Shown: positions 11,173 through 20,427 of the stretch, in pieces
Numbering within the stretch: position 1 is the stretch's first letter
Layout: each line of letters begins with the position of its first letter
Virus record (IMG/VR): IMGVR_UViG_3300021255_001460
Span: 26,107-90,106 of that record
Direction: 5' to 3' (one strand)
Length of the DNA stretch: 64,000 nucleotides
Source of the DNA: a virus
Taxonomy: Duplodnaviria; Caudoviricetes
Translations under genes and position numbers: made by a program
The notes under the pieces: model-generated
What the model saw: only the letters and a program-made list of their open reading frames with translations
Told to the model about the DNA's origin: nothing
The model's database searches: none

Positions 11173-11916
11173 ATGAAGTTTAAGGATTTCGACAAACAGA
11201 TGCGGCAGTACGAACTAGTCCGCGACACGTTTATCCCTATGGGCGGCTACACAGTTGTGCGGCTTGATGGACGTAGTTTCTCGAAGTTAACCAACCGCAA
11301 AGGATATGCCAAGCCGTTCGATGATCGGTTCAAAGATGCGATGTCACAGGTTGCCGCAGAACTCATGAAGTGCGGCTTTGATGTGCGGTTCGTCTACGTG
11401 CAGTCTGACGAGATCAATATCTTGTTCGACGATGAATGTACCACATTCAACCGCAAGGAGCGCAAGTGGTTGTCGATACTGGCTGGGGTCGCCTCTTCTG
11501 TGATGTCGCACTGTATCAACTGCATGGCGGTATTTGATGCTCGTGTGATCTGGTTGCCCGACGAAGAAGCTTGCAACCACTATTTTGCTTGGCGGCAAGG
11601 AGATAGTGAGCGCAACTGTCTGAACAGTTACTGCTACTGGACATTGATCAACACTGGCATGAGCAAGTACAAGGCCGCATCAAAGCTGGATCACATGAAG
11701 TACGACGATAAGCTGGATCTGCTCACACAGTACGGTATTAACTATGATGCCGTTCCCATCTGGCACAAGTATGGATACGGGTTCTATTGGAAGCAGTACG
11801 AGAAGACTGGTCGCAATGGCGAGAAAGTTACCCGGATGCGAGTGTGGCGAGATGAGGAGTTGCCGCACTTCAAATTTACATTGGAGACTATAAAACAAAA
11901 TGAGTCACACGATTGA
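11173..11916 (+). CDS. tRNA(His) guanylyltransferase Thg1-like 3'-5' polymerase
   Basis: VVRLDGRSFSKLT...KPFDDRF, YVQSDEINILF, FNRKERKW.S, VFDARV and YFAWRQ.D..RN.LN motifs. Confidence 0.9.
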   Translation: MKFKDFDKQMRQYELVRDTFIPMGGYTVVRLDGRSFSKLTNRKGYAKPFDDRFKDAMSQVAAELMKCGFDVRFVYVQSDEINILFDDECTTFNRKERKWLSILAGVASSVMSHCINCMAVFDARVIWLPDEEACNHYFAWRQGDSERNCLNSYCYWTLINTGMSKYKAASKLDHMKYDDKLDLLTQYGINYDAVPIWHKYGYGFYWKQYEKTGRNGEKVTRMRVWRDEELPHFKFTLETIKQNESHD

Positions 11917-13051
11917 AGATCTTAATACACTGGTAGCACTGCCCCACCCACATAAAGTAGCACTCACGAAGGAACGCATCAAGGAGTGGTATGATCACTG
12001 GGACGGCAACGTTTATGTTTTATTTTCTGGCGGCAAGGACAGCACGGTTCTGCTCCACATTGTTCGCCAGATGTACCCGGAAGTAAAGGCCGTCTTCAGC
12101 AACACAGGTCTTGAATATCCTGAGACTGTTAAGTTTGTGAAGTCTTTCGATAACGTAGACCTTGTTCGCCCCAAGATGACGTTTGCCGACGTAATCACAA
12201 CCTATGGTTATCCCATCATCAACAAGGAAACAGCAGAGACAATCCATTATGCACGGTCACGAGATCCGCGCCAAGAAGCAACTGCCAGACGCAAACGGGA
12301 AGAACTTCTTGGTCAGCGGATTTACGTTGACCCAAGTGGGAATGATCCGCGCATCAATTACAACAAGCGACCATTTGCCGATACCGCAGAATCAAAGGGG
12401 CGGCTCAGTAAATATAACAAGGACAAGTGGTTGCCGCTCTGTATGGAAGCGCCATTCAAGATCTCCCACTACTGTTGCGAGATCATGAAGAAGTCGCCAA
12501 TGGGTATCTATGACCGCCGAAGTGGTTTGTATCCTATGGTTGGCACAATGACAGAAGAAAGTAGATTGCGGCGAGGGGCATGGCTCAGACACGGATGCAA
12601 TGTGTACGAAGCGAAACATCCGGTTAGCCAGCCTCTTTCTTTCTGGACAGCGCAGGACATCCTGTACTACATCAAGGAAAACAATCTGCCCATCTGCTCA
12701 TTGTACGGCGACATTGAGGTTAACCAGTTTGGCGAACTCTACACCACTGGTTCATCCCGGCTGGGTTGCTCTGCCTGTCTCTTCACACTACACCGCGAAA
12801 CCAAGGGCGACACAAGATTCCAAGTTATGAAGCAAACCCATCCAAAGCTTTATGAGTTCTGTATGGGCGGCGGTCAGTGGATCGATAATCCCGACTATGA
12901 TCCCACCTATGACGGCACACCGGATGATATTGGCTGGGTTTATTGGAATCCACCAAAGCTGTGGATACCGTCAAAGGAAGGGCTTGGAATGAAGTTTGTC
13001 CTTGATTTCGTGAACGACATTTATGGAAAACGGTTTTGCCGCTATGAATGA
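11900..13051 (+). CDS. PAPS-reductase-family (PP-loop) protein with Fe-S Cys motifs
   Basis: FSGGKDSTVL, FSNTGLEYPET, HYCCEIMKK and RLGCSAC. Confidence 0.88.
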   Translation: MSHTIEDLNTLVALPHPHKVALTKERIKEWYDHWDGNVYVLFSGGKDSTVLLHIVRQMYPEVKAVFSNTGLEYPETVKFVKSFDNVDLVRPKMTFADVITTYGYPIINKETAETIHYARSRDPRQEATARRKREELLGQRIYVDPSGNDPRINYNKRPFADTAESKGRLSKYNKDKWLPLCMEAPFKISHYCCEIMKKSPMGIYDRRSGLYPMVGTMTEESRLRRGAWLRHGCNVYEAKHPVSQPLSFWTAQDILYYIKENNLPICSLYGDIEVNQFGELYTTGSSRLGCSACLFTLHRETKGDTRFQVMKQTHPKLYEFCMGGGQWIDNPDYDPTYDGTPDDIGWVYWNPPKLWIPSKEGLGMKFVLDFVNDIYGKRFCRYE

Positions 13052-13286
13052 AAATGAACTTGAGATTCTCCCCTGTTACAAATGTGGTTCGCACAACGTG
13101 ATGCTCAACACATGTGCGTCCACCATTATGTGTGTCGAGTGTCTGGCAAAGAGTCCACCTTTCAGACTGCCAGATGGGCGACGCAAGAAGATGTCAAAAG
13201 AAACTGTGATTAAGGCTTGGAATAGCGTACCACGAAAAGCTATTCCGCGAAAAAGTGAGGATAATACCAATGGACATCAGACATGA
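13044..13286 (+). CDS. Small Zn-finger protein (Lar-like)
   Basis: LPCYKCG...CVEC...AWN pattern. Confidence 0.6.
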   Translation: MNENELEILPCYKCGSHNVMLNTCASTIMCVECLAKSPPFRLPDGRRKKMSKETVIKAWNSVPRKAIPRKSEDNTNGHQT

Positions 13287-14370
13287 ATTTCCGTTCTTTG
13301 AGAAAACCGATGTGACCTATCTCGACTCTGCCGCCACAACTCAGAAGCCATATAAAGTGATAGACAGCATCGTACAATCCTATTCAGAATTCAACGCCAA
13401 TCCGGGAAGGGGTTCGCACACCCTTTCCCTTTTTGCTACCTCTCGTTACGAAAAGGCGAGAGAACATGTTGCGGCCTTCTTCGGTTGCGATCCTGACGAA
13501 CTGATCTTTACGTCGGGCGCTACTGAATCGCTCAACATTATTGCCAAAAATCTCTCCCCACTTACCCGCCACGTAAACTTCGCCACCGCACCATTTGACC
13601 ACCACTCTTGCATTCTCCCTTGGTTCTATTGCTACGACAGCGAAGACATGACAACCAAACCGTTCAAGTCTGTGGATGTTTATACAGTGGTGTCCAACGT
13701 AATTGGCGATGTGAAACTGCCGCATCAAGAACATACAGAGGATAGAGTTGTTGTTGCGGATCTGACCCAAGCTGTCGCCCACATGCCGATCAACCTGCAC
13801 GAGATGAGCATTGATTGCGCGGCCTTCTCTGCCCACAAGATGTATGGCCCAATGGGAGTTGGTTGCCTATACATCAAACGGGATCTCCAGAAGTATTTTA
13901 TCAACATTAACTATGGTGGCGGCATGGTAGAGGATCTGGTGGACGAAGAGTTCAGGTTCAAATCTGGGCCGCAAAAATTTGAAGCTGGCACAAGAGATGT
14001 TGCCGGGGTAGTCGCCCTTTCTGCGGCTTGTTCATTCCTCGAGCAGTATGGCTGGATAAACATCATGGCTCACGAGAAAGACCTGATGGATCATCTGCTC
14101 TACGAGTTTGCACAGGATGACCGCATCGAAATTTATGGTCACAACCAGCAGAGTCTCGTGTCGTTCAATGTGCGCGGCTTTCACTCATCTTATGTTTCCG
14201 ACCACCTTGATGGCTGGAACATTGCAATCCGGGCTGGGCATATGTGTGCGCTGAACACCATGAGGGCGCTCGACATCGACTCTTGTTGCCGTGTAAGTCT
14301 GGGCATCTACAACACACACGAAGATATTGATTATCTCGCAAGATCACTGAAGGAGTTGAAAGAAGAATGA
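13270..14370 (+). CDS. Cysteine desulfurase (SufS/class V PLP enzyme)
   Basis: YLDSAATTQKP, FTSGATESLN, AFSAHKMYGPMGVG, FEAGT, AIRAGHMCA and RVSLGIYNT. Confidence 0.92.
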   Translation: MDIRHEFPFFEKTDVTYLDSAATTQKPYKVIDSIVQSYSEFNANPGRGSHTLSLFATSRYEKAREHVAAFFGCDPDELIFTSGATESLNIIAKNLSPLTRHVNFATAPFDHHSCILPWFYCYDSEDMTTKPFKSVDVYTVVSNVIGDVKLPHQEHTEDRVVVADLTQAVAHMPINLHEMSIDCAAFSAHKMYGPMGVGCLYIKRDLQKYFININYGGGMVEDLVDEEFRFKSGPQKFEAGTRDVAGVVALSAACSFLEQYGWINIMAHEKDLMDHLLYEFAQDDRIEIYGHNQQSLVSFNVRGFHSSYVSDHLDGWNIAIRAGHMCALNTMRALDIDSCCRVSLGIYNTHEDIDYLARSLKELKEE

Positions 14371-15413
14371 GACATCTCGCAAGTATACAGAAGATCTGGA
14401 AGATTGAACCTATCGAAGGCGCTGACCGCATCGAACTGATCCATGTGTGTGGCTGGCAGTGTGTGGCAAATAAAGGCCAGTTCAAGCCTATGGACAACGC
14501 CATCTATTTTGAAATTGATAGCTTCCTGCCGATCCGACCTGAGTTTGAATTCCTGCGCTCATCCAGCTACAAAAAGACCGACATTATGGGCGAAGGCTTC
14601 AGACTCCGCACCATGAGGTTCAAGGGGCAGATCTCTCAGGGTCTTGTCCTGCCGCTGAGTATGTTCCCGGAGATTGATCCCGGCACAGAAGTTGGCGTGG
14701 ATGTAAGTCAGGCACTGGGGGTGAAGAAGTGGGAAGTCGAAGAACGTGCAACAACGCAAGGCACAATTATTGGCACACTGCCGCCATCAATCCCAACAAC
14801 TGATGAATCGAGAGTGCAAGAATGTCCTGAGCTAATCCAAGACTTCGGCAACCTTGAATTCTATATCTCCAGCAAGATGGATGGCACATCCTGCTCTGTC
14901 GCCATTGATGAGGATGGCTGGCATGTGTGCGGTCACCACTATGAGTACGCCGATGATGGCAAGTCCTCATTCTACAACTTCATCAATAATCTTGGTCTGC
15001 GCGAAAAGATGGAAAAGTATGTTAAGGAGATGGGCTATAAATCGCTCGTGATCCAAGGCGAGTTCTGCGCTCCCGGCATTCAGAAGAATCCGCTGAAACT
15101 AATAAAACCTGAGTGGTATGTGTTCACAATCCGTGTTGATAACAAGCGTGTCGGACTCATCCCCATGCAAACCATCTGTCACGAACTTGGGCTGACCCAT
15201 GTGCCAATCGAAGAAGTCGCCAACAATCTGAGCGCCCACTACCCAACCGTTGAAGCGCTCCTCGCCCGTGCTGAACAGGGTACATATCCGAGCGGCAGTA
15301 TGAAAGAGGGCATCGTGATCCGACCAACCGAGCCAGTCTATTGTCCGCGCATCAGTGCTTCCCTGTCCATGAAAGTTGTCAGCAATAAGTATCTGTTGAA
15401 GAAAGGTGAATAA
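14367..15413 (+). CDS. RNA ligase (DRB0094/Rnl2-like)
   Basis: N-terminal RHLASIQKI...PIEGADRIE, KMDGTS adenylation motif, QGEFCAPGIQKN, EGIVIR and KVVSNKYLL. Confidence 0.88.
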   Translation: MRHLASIQKIWKIEPIEGADRIELIHVCGWQCVANKGQFKPMDNAIYFEIDSFLPIRPEFEFLRSSSYKKTDIMGEGFRLRTMRFKGQISQGLVLPLSMFPEIDPGTEVGVDVSQALGVKKWEVEERATTQGTIIGTLPPSIPTTDESRVQECPELIQDFGNLEFYISSKMDGTSCSVAIDEDGWHVCGHHYEYADDGKSSFYNFINNLGLREKMEKYVKEMGYKSLVIQGEFCAPGIQKNPLKLIKPEWYVFTIRVDNKRVGLIPMQTICHELGLTHVPIEEVANNLSAHYPTVEALLARAEQGTYPSGSMKEGIVIRPTEPVYCPRISASLSMKVVSNKYLLKKGE

Positions 15414-15984
15414 GATGCCAAAGAAACCGGAAGACATTGAACTGGAAGAGCAGAATATCTTTTGCCGCATACCAAAGAACACATTCAAAATGAAAATTGA
15501 ATGTGTCGTCATTATTGGCGGCAAAGAGCAGAAGGTACACAAAGAATTAATGCTCGACGAGATAAATAAAGCACGGGAAGATTTTCTTGAGTATGTCGAA
15601 GATGGCGACGACTATGATGCCCGCTATGAACTAACAGATGAAGGCCGCAAACTATTGGAGCAGATGCGAAATGATAAACTCTTGTGATTGGTGTGGTAAC
15701 CAGCATCTCAAGGTGAATATTTTAACCGACTACATTACGGTGGACGAAAAGCATTATGTGTGCGGCAGAGGAGTGGTGTATTGCCCGATCTGTGGAGCGA
15801 CCTATACCAAGTGCGACGCATACACCCAACTGTTCGACCCGATCCTGCCCAGCATGATAACCGACACAACGCATCGTTTACGTGTTGGAATTCTCAATGA
15901 ATTAACTGCATAAAACACCCCCATCAGCCGCCTCTCGTGTGGTTGGTGGGGATTTACTTTACCTTTTTCTGGAGGCGATTTGAC

Positions 15985-17151
15985 ATGCAAAAACTCAATG
16001 ATTATACTGGGGTCGAGATGAACCTTGAAAACTGCAAAGCGGATACAGACAAGGGGGCTATCTCTATGGCGACAGCGAGAATCCGGTTACCCATTACACT
16101 ACCAATTGTCGGCAAAGTATGGATGACAGGCCGCACATATCAGGAAGCGGTGACAAACCTCATGGCGAAGTATGCGTGGCTTTATCCAGACAGCGCACCA
16201 CCAGTAAGCGCAAAGTTCACAACGCCACAAACTCCCACAGTACGCGAGATGGGCGAACGATGGATTGCAGAAGATGTTGATCAGCGTGTGGGCGAAGCAA
16301 GACTGAGAAATTTGAGCCGCACACTATTGAACCATATCTATCCCATCATTGGAGAAACACATGTCGGGGATATTAAGTTCAGCGAGGCAAATCAGTTCTA
16401 TATGCGTTTCAATGGATATGGCGTTGGTGTTGTCAGAAATATCAAAACCTGTATGAGAGGTATCTTTGACTTCTGTATTGATTGCGGCATAGTGGACGAG
16501 AATCCGTTCCGTAACGGACATTTGAAAGTCCGCAACGTTAAGCCTTGCGAGACACGCGAACCCATACCTGACCGCGATCTGATTGCCGCACTCAATAAGT
16601 TAAACAACTTAAACTTCCAGCAACTTACCGCTTTTCTATTTGGCCTCTATGCTGGTCTTCGTTCTGGTGAGGTGTTCGCGCTACGATGGGAAGATGTTCA
16701 TCTTGAAACACCGGGCAAAGAATATGTGTCGATTAGCAAAACAACAGCCTATGACAGGAATCTTCATACGATCATAAAGTCACCGAAGACAAAGGCTGGT
16801 GTGCGAAATGTGCCACTTAACGCGACAATTGTTGAACATTTGAAAAAAGTTGACCCCTTAAACCGCTCTGGTTATATCCTACACAAGAGGGGCAATACAG
16901 AATGTTATATAGCGAAGAACAGTGCCACACGTACATGTAAAATTGCGCTGTGTAATATTGGGCTTGGTCAGTACACATTCCACCAGTTGCGGCACACTTT
17001 TGCGACCAAGATGCAACCGCACACAGATGTCAAAACCTTGCAGTACCTTATGGGGCATAGCAGTGCGTCAATCACGTTGAACACCTATGCCGCACTCGAT
17101 GTGACCCAGTTGGAGAAGACAAGGGATGTACAATTCGTGTTTGCCAGTTGA
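15985..17151 (+). CDS. int: Tyrosine integrase
   Basis: GLRSGEVFAL, KTKAG, HQLRHTFAT, MGHSS and TLNTY catalytic residues; SD GGAGG. Confidence 0.9.
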   Translation: MQKLNDYTGVEMNLENCKADTDKGAISMATARIRLPITLPIVGKVWMTGRTYQEAVTNLMAKYAWLYPDSAPPVSAKFTTPQTPTVREMGERWIAEDVDQRVGEARLRNLSRTLLNHIYPIIGETHVGDIKFSEANQFYMRFNGYGVGVVRNIKTCMRGIFDFCIDCGIVDENPFRNGHLKVRNVKPCETREPIPDRDLIAALNKLNNLNFQQLTAFLFGLYAGLRSGEVFALRWEDVHLETPGKEYVSISKTTAYDRNLHTIIKSPKTKAGVRNVPLNATIVEHLKKVDPLNRSGYILHKRGNTECYIAKNSATRTCKIALCNIGLGQYTFHQLRHTFATKMQPHTDVKTLQYLMGHSSASITLNTYAALDVTQLEKTRDVQFVFAS

Positions 17152-17605
17152 CAACTTTGTTGATGGTATATGGTGGCGAGAATCGTTGCGGCAGTAAGAG
17201 TTTCGGCGATTGGTAATGTACATGGTTGTTGACACAAAACTGGCATTTATGCATATATGCATATTTTATTGCATAAATATACAGTGTCAAACAAAAGTCA
17301 AATAATGTCAACAAAGAAAAAGAACCGTTACAAACAAATAGATTTGAAAAGCATTGATCTTTCTTCACTTTGACCTTCAAATCAAAATTGTTGCACTTTT
17401 CTACTGAAACAGATACATGTATAAATATACATAATATTTCCACGTATCCGCTTTGCATATTTCAAGGGGAAGACTTGTTTCAGCCAATGATTTCGTTAGT
17501 TGAACCAAGTCCTGCTCAAACAAAAATAAGCCCTGTTAACAAGATTTATTTCTCGTTAACAGGGCTTTTGTTATTGTCAAAGATCTTATGTTATTATAAA
17601 TCTTC

Positions 17606-17634
17606 TTGACAATCTGTGCGTTAAACTTTATCAT
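17606..17634 (+). promoter_or_regulatory. Sigma70-type promoter for the shufflon recombinase
   Basis: TTGACA-17 bp-TATCAT. The spacer contains GCGTTAAAC, part of the crossover repeat. Confidence 0.6.
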
Positions 17635-17765
17635 AAAAAGAGCGTCAGCGTGTACCAGACGCTTGCGCTCTTATATGGTGAAAGATGTGGGGTAAGCACA
17701 TCCAACACAAAGGGAATTGTAACACATCCTTTCACCAATATCAATATATGGGAGGATGTGTTTTT

Positions 17766-18764
17766 ATGTCCAATAATTCCGAATCTTTCCGCAACGAATT
17801 GGTAACACGGCTGTTTGACCAGATTCCGCAGGAGCAACTCAAGAACGTGATCTCAATCCTTGACGCAACCATGAGTAGCTACGACATTACTCGCAAGCCT
17901 GTCGAACTGATTCCCGCCAACGGTCTTCCAGAAGTTGTGAAGTATTTTCTCGCCAGTAAAGCGGTGGAAAATCTCAGCCGCAAAACGTTGAAGATCTACA
18001 AACTTCGCCTTGAAGATTTCTTCGCGACGGTACGCAAACCTTTTCAGGATATCCGCGCTAATGATATCAGGCTATACTTGTACTACTACAAAGACCAGCG
18101 TCACGCATCAGATGCTTACCTTGACGACATCCGCAGAATCCTCAACTCGTTCTTTTCTTGGCTCGTCAATAACGAGTACCTGCTCAGAAACCCTTGTGCC
18201 ACCGTTGACCGCATCAAGTATCAAACAAAAGAAAGAGAACCTTTAACCGCATATGAACTTGAAGTCCTGAGATGGAACTGTAAGAATGTGCGCGAAAAGG
18301 CTCTGGTAGATTTTCTGTATTCAACTGGTGTTCGTGTCAGTGAGTGTCATGATATCAACCTGTCAGACATTGATTGGGATAGACGGTCGGTCATTATTCA
18401 ACACGGTAAAGGCAACAAGCGCAGGACTGTTTTCTTCAATGCTGAGTCAGAGTTGTCGTTAAGGAAATACTTGGAGTCGCGGTCTGACGATAACGATGCG
18501 CTGTTCGTTTCTATTCGTAATCCGCACAACAGATTATGTGTACGGGCATTGGAAAGCATTATTACGAAGGTTGCCGCCCGTTGTAATATGCATGTGTTCC
18601 CGCACAAACTTCGCCACACATTCGCAACCAGTGGACTTCATGGCGGCATCTCTCTGGAGAAGCTTCAGGCATTGATGGGTCACGCGAAGCCTGAGACTAC
18701 GCTGATCTATGCAAAGCTTGATAGTATGGATCTCCAGAGAGAACACCAAAGAGTCTATGCTTAA
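17766..18764 (+). CDS. XerD-like tyrosine recombinase (invertase of the adjacent tail-fibre switch)
   Basis: STGVRVSE, HGKGNKRR, FPHKLRHTFAT, LMGH and TLIYA motifs; adjacent to a 14-bp inverted repeat pair. Confidence 0.88.
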   Translation: MSNNSESFRNELVTRLFDQIPQEQLKNVISILDATMSSYDITRKPVELIPANGLPEVVKYFLASKAVENLSRKTLKIYKLRLEDFFATVRKPFQDIRANDIRLYLYYYKDQRHASDAYLDDIRRILNSFFSWLVNNEYLLRNPCATVDRIKYQTKEREPLTAYELEVLRWNCKNVREKALVDFLYSTGVRVSECHDINLSDIDWDRRSVIIQHGKGNKRRTVFFNAESELSLRKYLESRSDDNDALFVSIRNPHNRLCVRALESIITKVAARCNMHVFPHKLRHTFATSGLHGGISLEKLQALMGHAKPETTLIYAKLDSMDLQREHQRVYA

Positions 18765-18791
18765 TTGCTTTATTTTTGGCGGTTTGGTCTT

Positions 18792-19049
18792 GCGTTAAAC
18801 AGCAATATTCAGACGATGCAAAACAACCAAATCAAATATATGGATATAACAGATACTACACCGGTAAATGTCAACTCGAAAAGTGGGCAAGTTATAACCA
18901 TCAATAATTTTATCGGTTACGCCGCACTAACTAACGGGGTATTGCCCATGCCTTATACGAACAGCGGTGTCCAATACATTAAACTTGTAAACTACAACGA
19001 CCTATCCGCTTTTTCCGGGTCGGCAACTATACGAGTTTGGTATAGATAA
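18792..19049 (+). CDS. Silent alternative C-terminal cassette of the small tail-fibre/receptor-binding protein
   Basis: ALNSNIQTMQNN...ATIRVWYR* begins at the repeat, has no start or SD of its own, and ends in a fibre-like aromatic terminus. Confidence 0.75.
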   Translation, partial: ALNSNIQTMQNNQIKYMDITDTTPVNVNSKSGQVITINNFIGYAALTNGVLPMPYTNSGVQYIKLVNYNDLSAFSGSATIRVWYR

Positions 19050-19056
19050 TCAGCAA

Positions 19057-19162
19057 TTAAGCGGGTGAGGATTTGCACCTCACAACTGTCGCTCCATTGG
19101 GGTCTTATCGACAATTTCCCCCAGCGCTTTCGGAGTGCGTCTACCTATTCCGCCACCGCTCA
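19057..19162 (-). ncRNA. tRNA-like structured RNA without a canonical anticodon arm
   Basis: 7-bp acceptor TGAGCGG/CCGCTTA, Leu-like D arm GGCGGAATAGGTAGACGC, T arm GTGAGG-TGCAAAT-CCTCAC, and a central domain with nested stems and an 8-bp pseudoknot. Confidence 0.7.
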
Positions 19163-19175
19163 ATTCATTATACAA

Positions 19176-19589
19176 TCATTTAATCGCCAGAATCTTATAC
19201 GGAATCATTTTTGTGTTGTCCGTTGCACTACCGCTAGTGGATGTATGAGCGTAACAATCCCCAAAGATAATGTTATTACTATCTGGACGAACCACAACTT
19301 CCCGGGTAACGATGGCAAACGAACCAGCCGAATTCGACATTATCGCCAAATCACGCTCATACGAATACGGTACTAGATGACTTGTACCCAGTGTGGCACT
19401 CGTGTTGTAGCGGAAATAGATAACAACCATACGAACCCCGGTCATGTTCACAGTAAGCGTTTGACCCCCAAAGGACTGTGAGGGGCTTGGGTTCGTCCAA
19501 ATTGTTTCAAAACGATTCGCAAGCTTGCTGTTTAACGCTTCAACATCTGCCGCCAATTTTGTCTGTGATCCTGCTACCTGATTAGCCAT
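19176..19589 (-). CDS. Small tail-fibre/receptor-binding protein, currently expressed cassette
   Basis: SD GGAGG and ATG at 19589. A 17-aa constant N-terminus precedes ALNSK; the C-terminus is ...KMIPYKILAIK. Confidence 0.75.
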   Translation of the reverse strand: MANQVAGSQTKLAADVEALNSKLANRFETIWTNPSPSQSFGGQTLTVNMTGVRMVVIYFRYNTSATLGTSHLVPYSYERDLAIMSNSAGSFAIVTREVVVRPDSNNIIFGDCYAHTSTSGSATDNTKMIPYKILAIK

Positions 19590-19950
19590 TTGCCTCATCC
19601 TCCTTATCAACACCAAGCATTACATTTTCTGTCGCGGCCTCTTCCTTCAGTCCAATCGCAATCTGGTCGAGGTTCATGTTGTACCAAGCCGCCTCAAGTG
19701 CTTCAACGATCTGTTCTTCATCCAGCTTGATACCCTTGCTCTTCATCATGGCAATAGCGCGGGTAAGCTTTTCGTGTCCGCTCAGTGTCTTGTACAGAAC
19801 CTCAACACTGCGAACCACATCATGTGCGGTTGTAGTGAGATGCTCTTCCTCAAGCCACGGGATCAGGTATGTTTTAACCGCCCACGATCCAATCAAACTT
19901 ACAAGCGAAATAATCGCGAGGAATAATTCATTCCAAGGAAACGTATTCAT
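19582..19950 (-). CDS. LL-H-family holin-like protein
   Basis: N-terminal TM segment, then VRSVEVLY...GHEKL..A...GIKL...I...LEAA; sits in the lysis module. Confidence 0.75.
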   Translation of the reverse strand: MNTFPWNELFLAIISLVSLIGSWAVKTYLIPWLEEEHLTTTAHDVVRSVEVLYKTLSGHEKLTRAIAMMKSKGIKLDEEQIVEALEAAWYNMNLDQIAIGLKEEAATENVMLGVDKEDEANG

Positions 19951-19973
19951 AATTCCTATCATCCTTTCTGGCC

Positions 19974-20405
19974 TTACATATCAATAGGGGCTTCGTGTAG
20001 CTTTTCCACAAAGTCCGTTGGTACATGATTATGTCGTCCGCACTTCACGTACTGTTCGTACATGCGCTCGAGCGAACTTCTCGTATCCAGTGATATTGGG
20101 TTCTTCTTAACACCATAGTGGACGTATGCCCAAGTCAATTTTTCGTTCTGTAGCGTAGCTGTCTGCTCGTCGGTCTGTGCCAGCCGCCCATCAATCTCAT
20201 CAAGCCGCTGAACAATCTTGTCAATCTTCTCATCAATCGATTCAATGCGTCGCTGTGCTTCAAGCTTGCGCTCTGCTCTTTTTAACACCCAGTCATGAAC
20301 GGCCTCAAACGTTTTAACAGCGCCAACGACTACGCCAATCTAGGCAATTACTCCTACGAAAGCACCCCACCCAGAAGTGAGCCACTTAACTGCTTCCTCT
20401 CCCAT
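19974..20405 (-). CDS. Holin/haemolysin-like membrane protein with an in-frame TAG at codon 22 (20340-20342)
   Basis: ATG at 20405 reads MGEEAVKWLTSGWGAFVGVIA*IGVVVGAVKTF..., in frame with the track ORF 19974-20288. Confidence 0.8.
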
Positions 20406-20427
20406 TGGTGTCACCCTACCTTATCTT

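Larger units (their letters stand above)
18792..19538. mobile_element. Invertible segment (two-cassette shufflon) bounded by the inverted repeat GCGTTAAACAGCAA
   Basis: The repeat is on + at 18792-18805 and on - at 19525-19538. Both copies encode ALNS(K/N) in the same frame. Confidence 0.85.

Noticed and set aside
11900-14370. Complete Dnd/Ssp phosphorothioation operon
   Set aside because: Only desulfurase and PAPS-reductase-like genes are present; no DndD/E or SspB/C partners are recognisable in the window.
19057-19162. Ordinary tRNA-Leu or an intron-containing tRNA
   Set aside because: There is no 7-nt anticodon loop, the T stem is 6 bp with a non-canonical TGC loop, and the insert is too short for a self-splicing intron.
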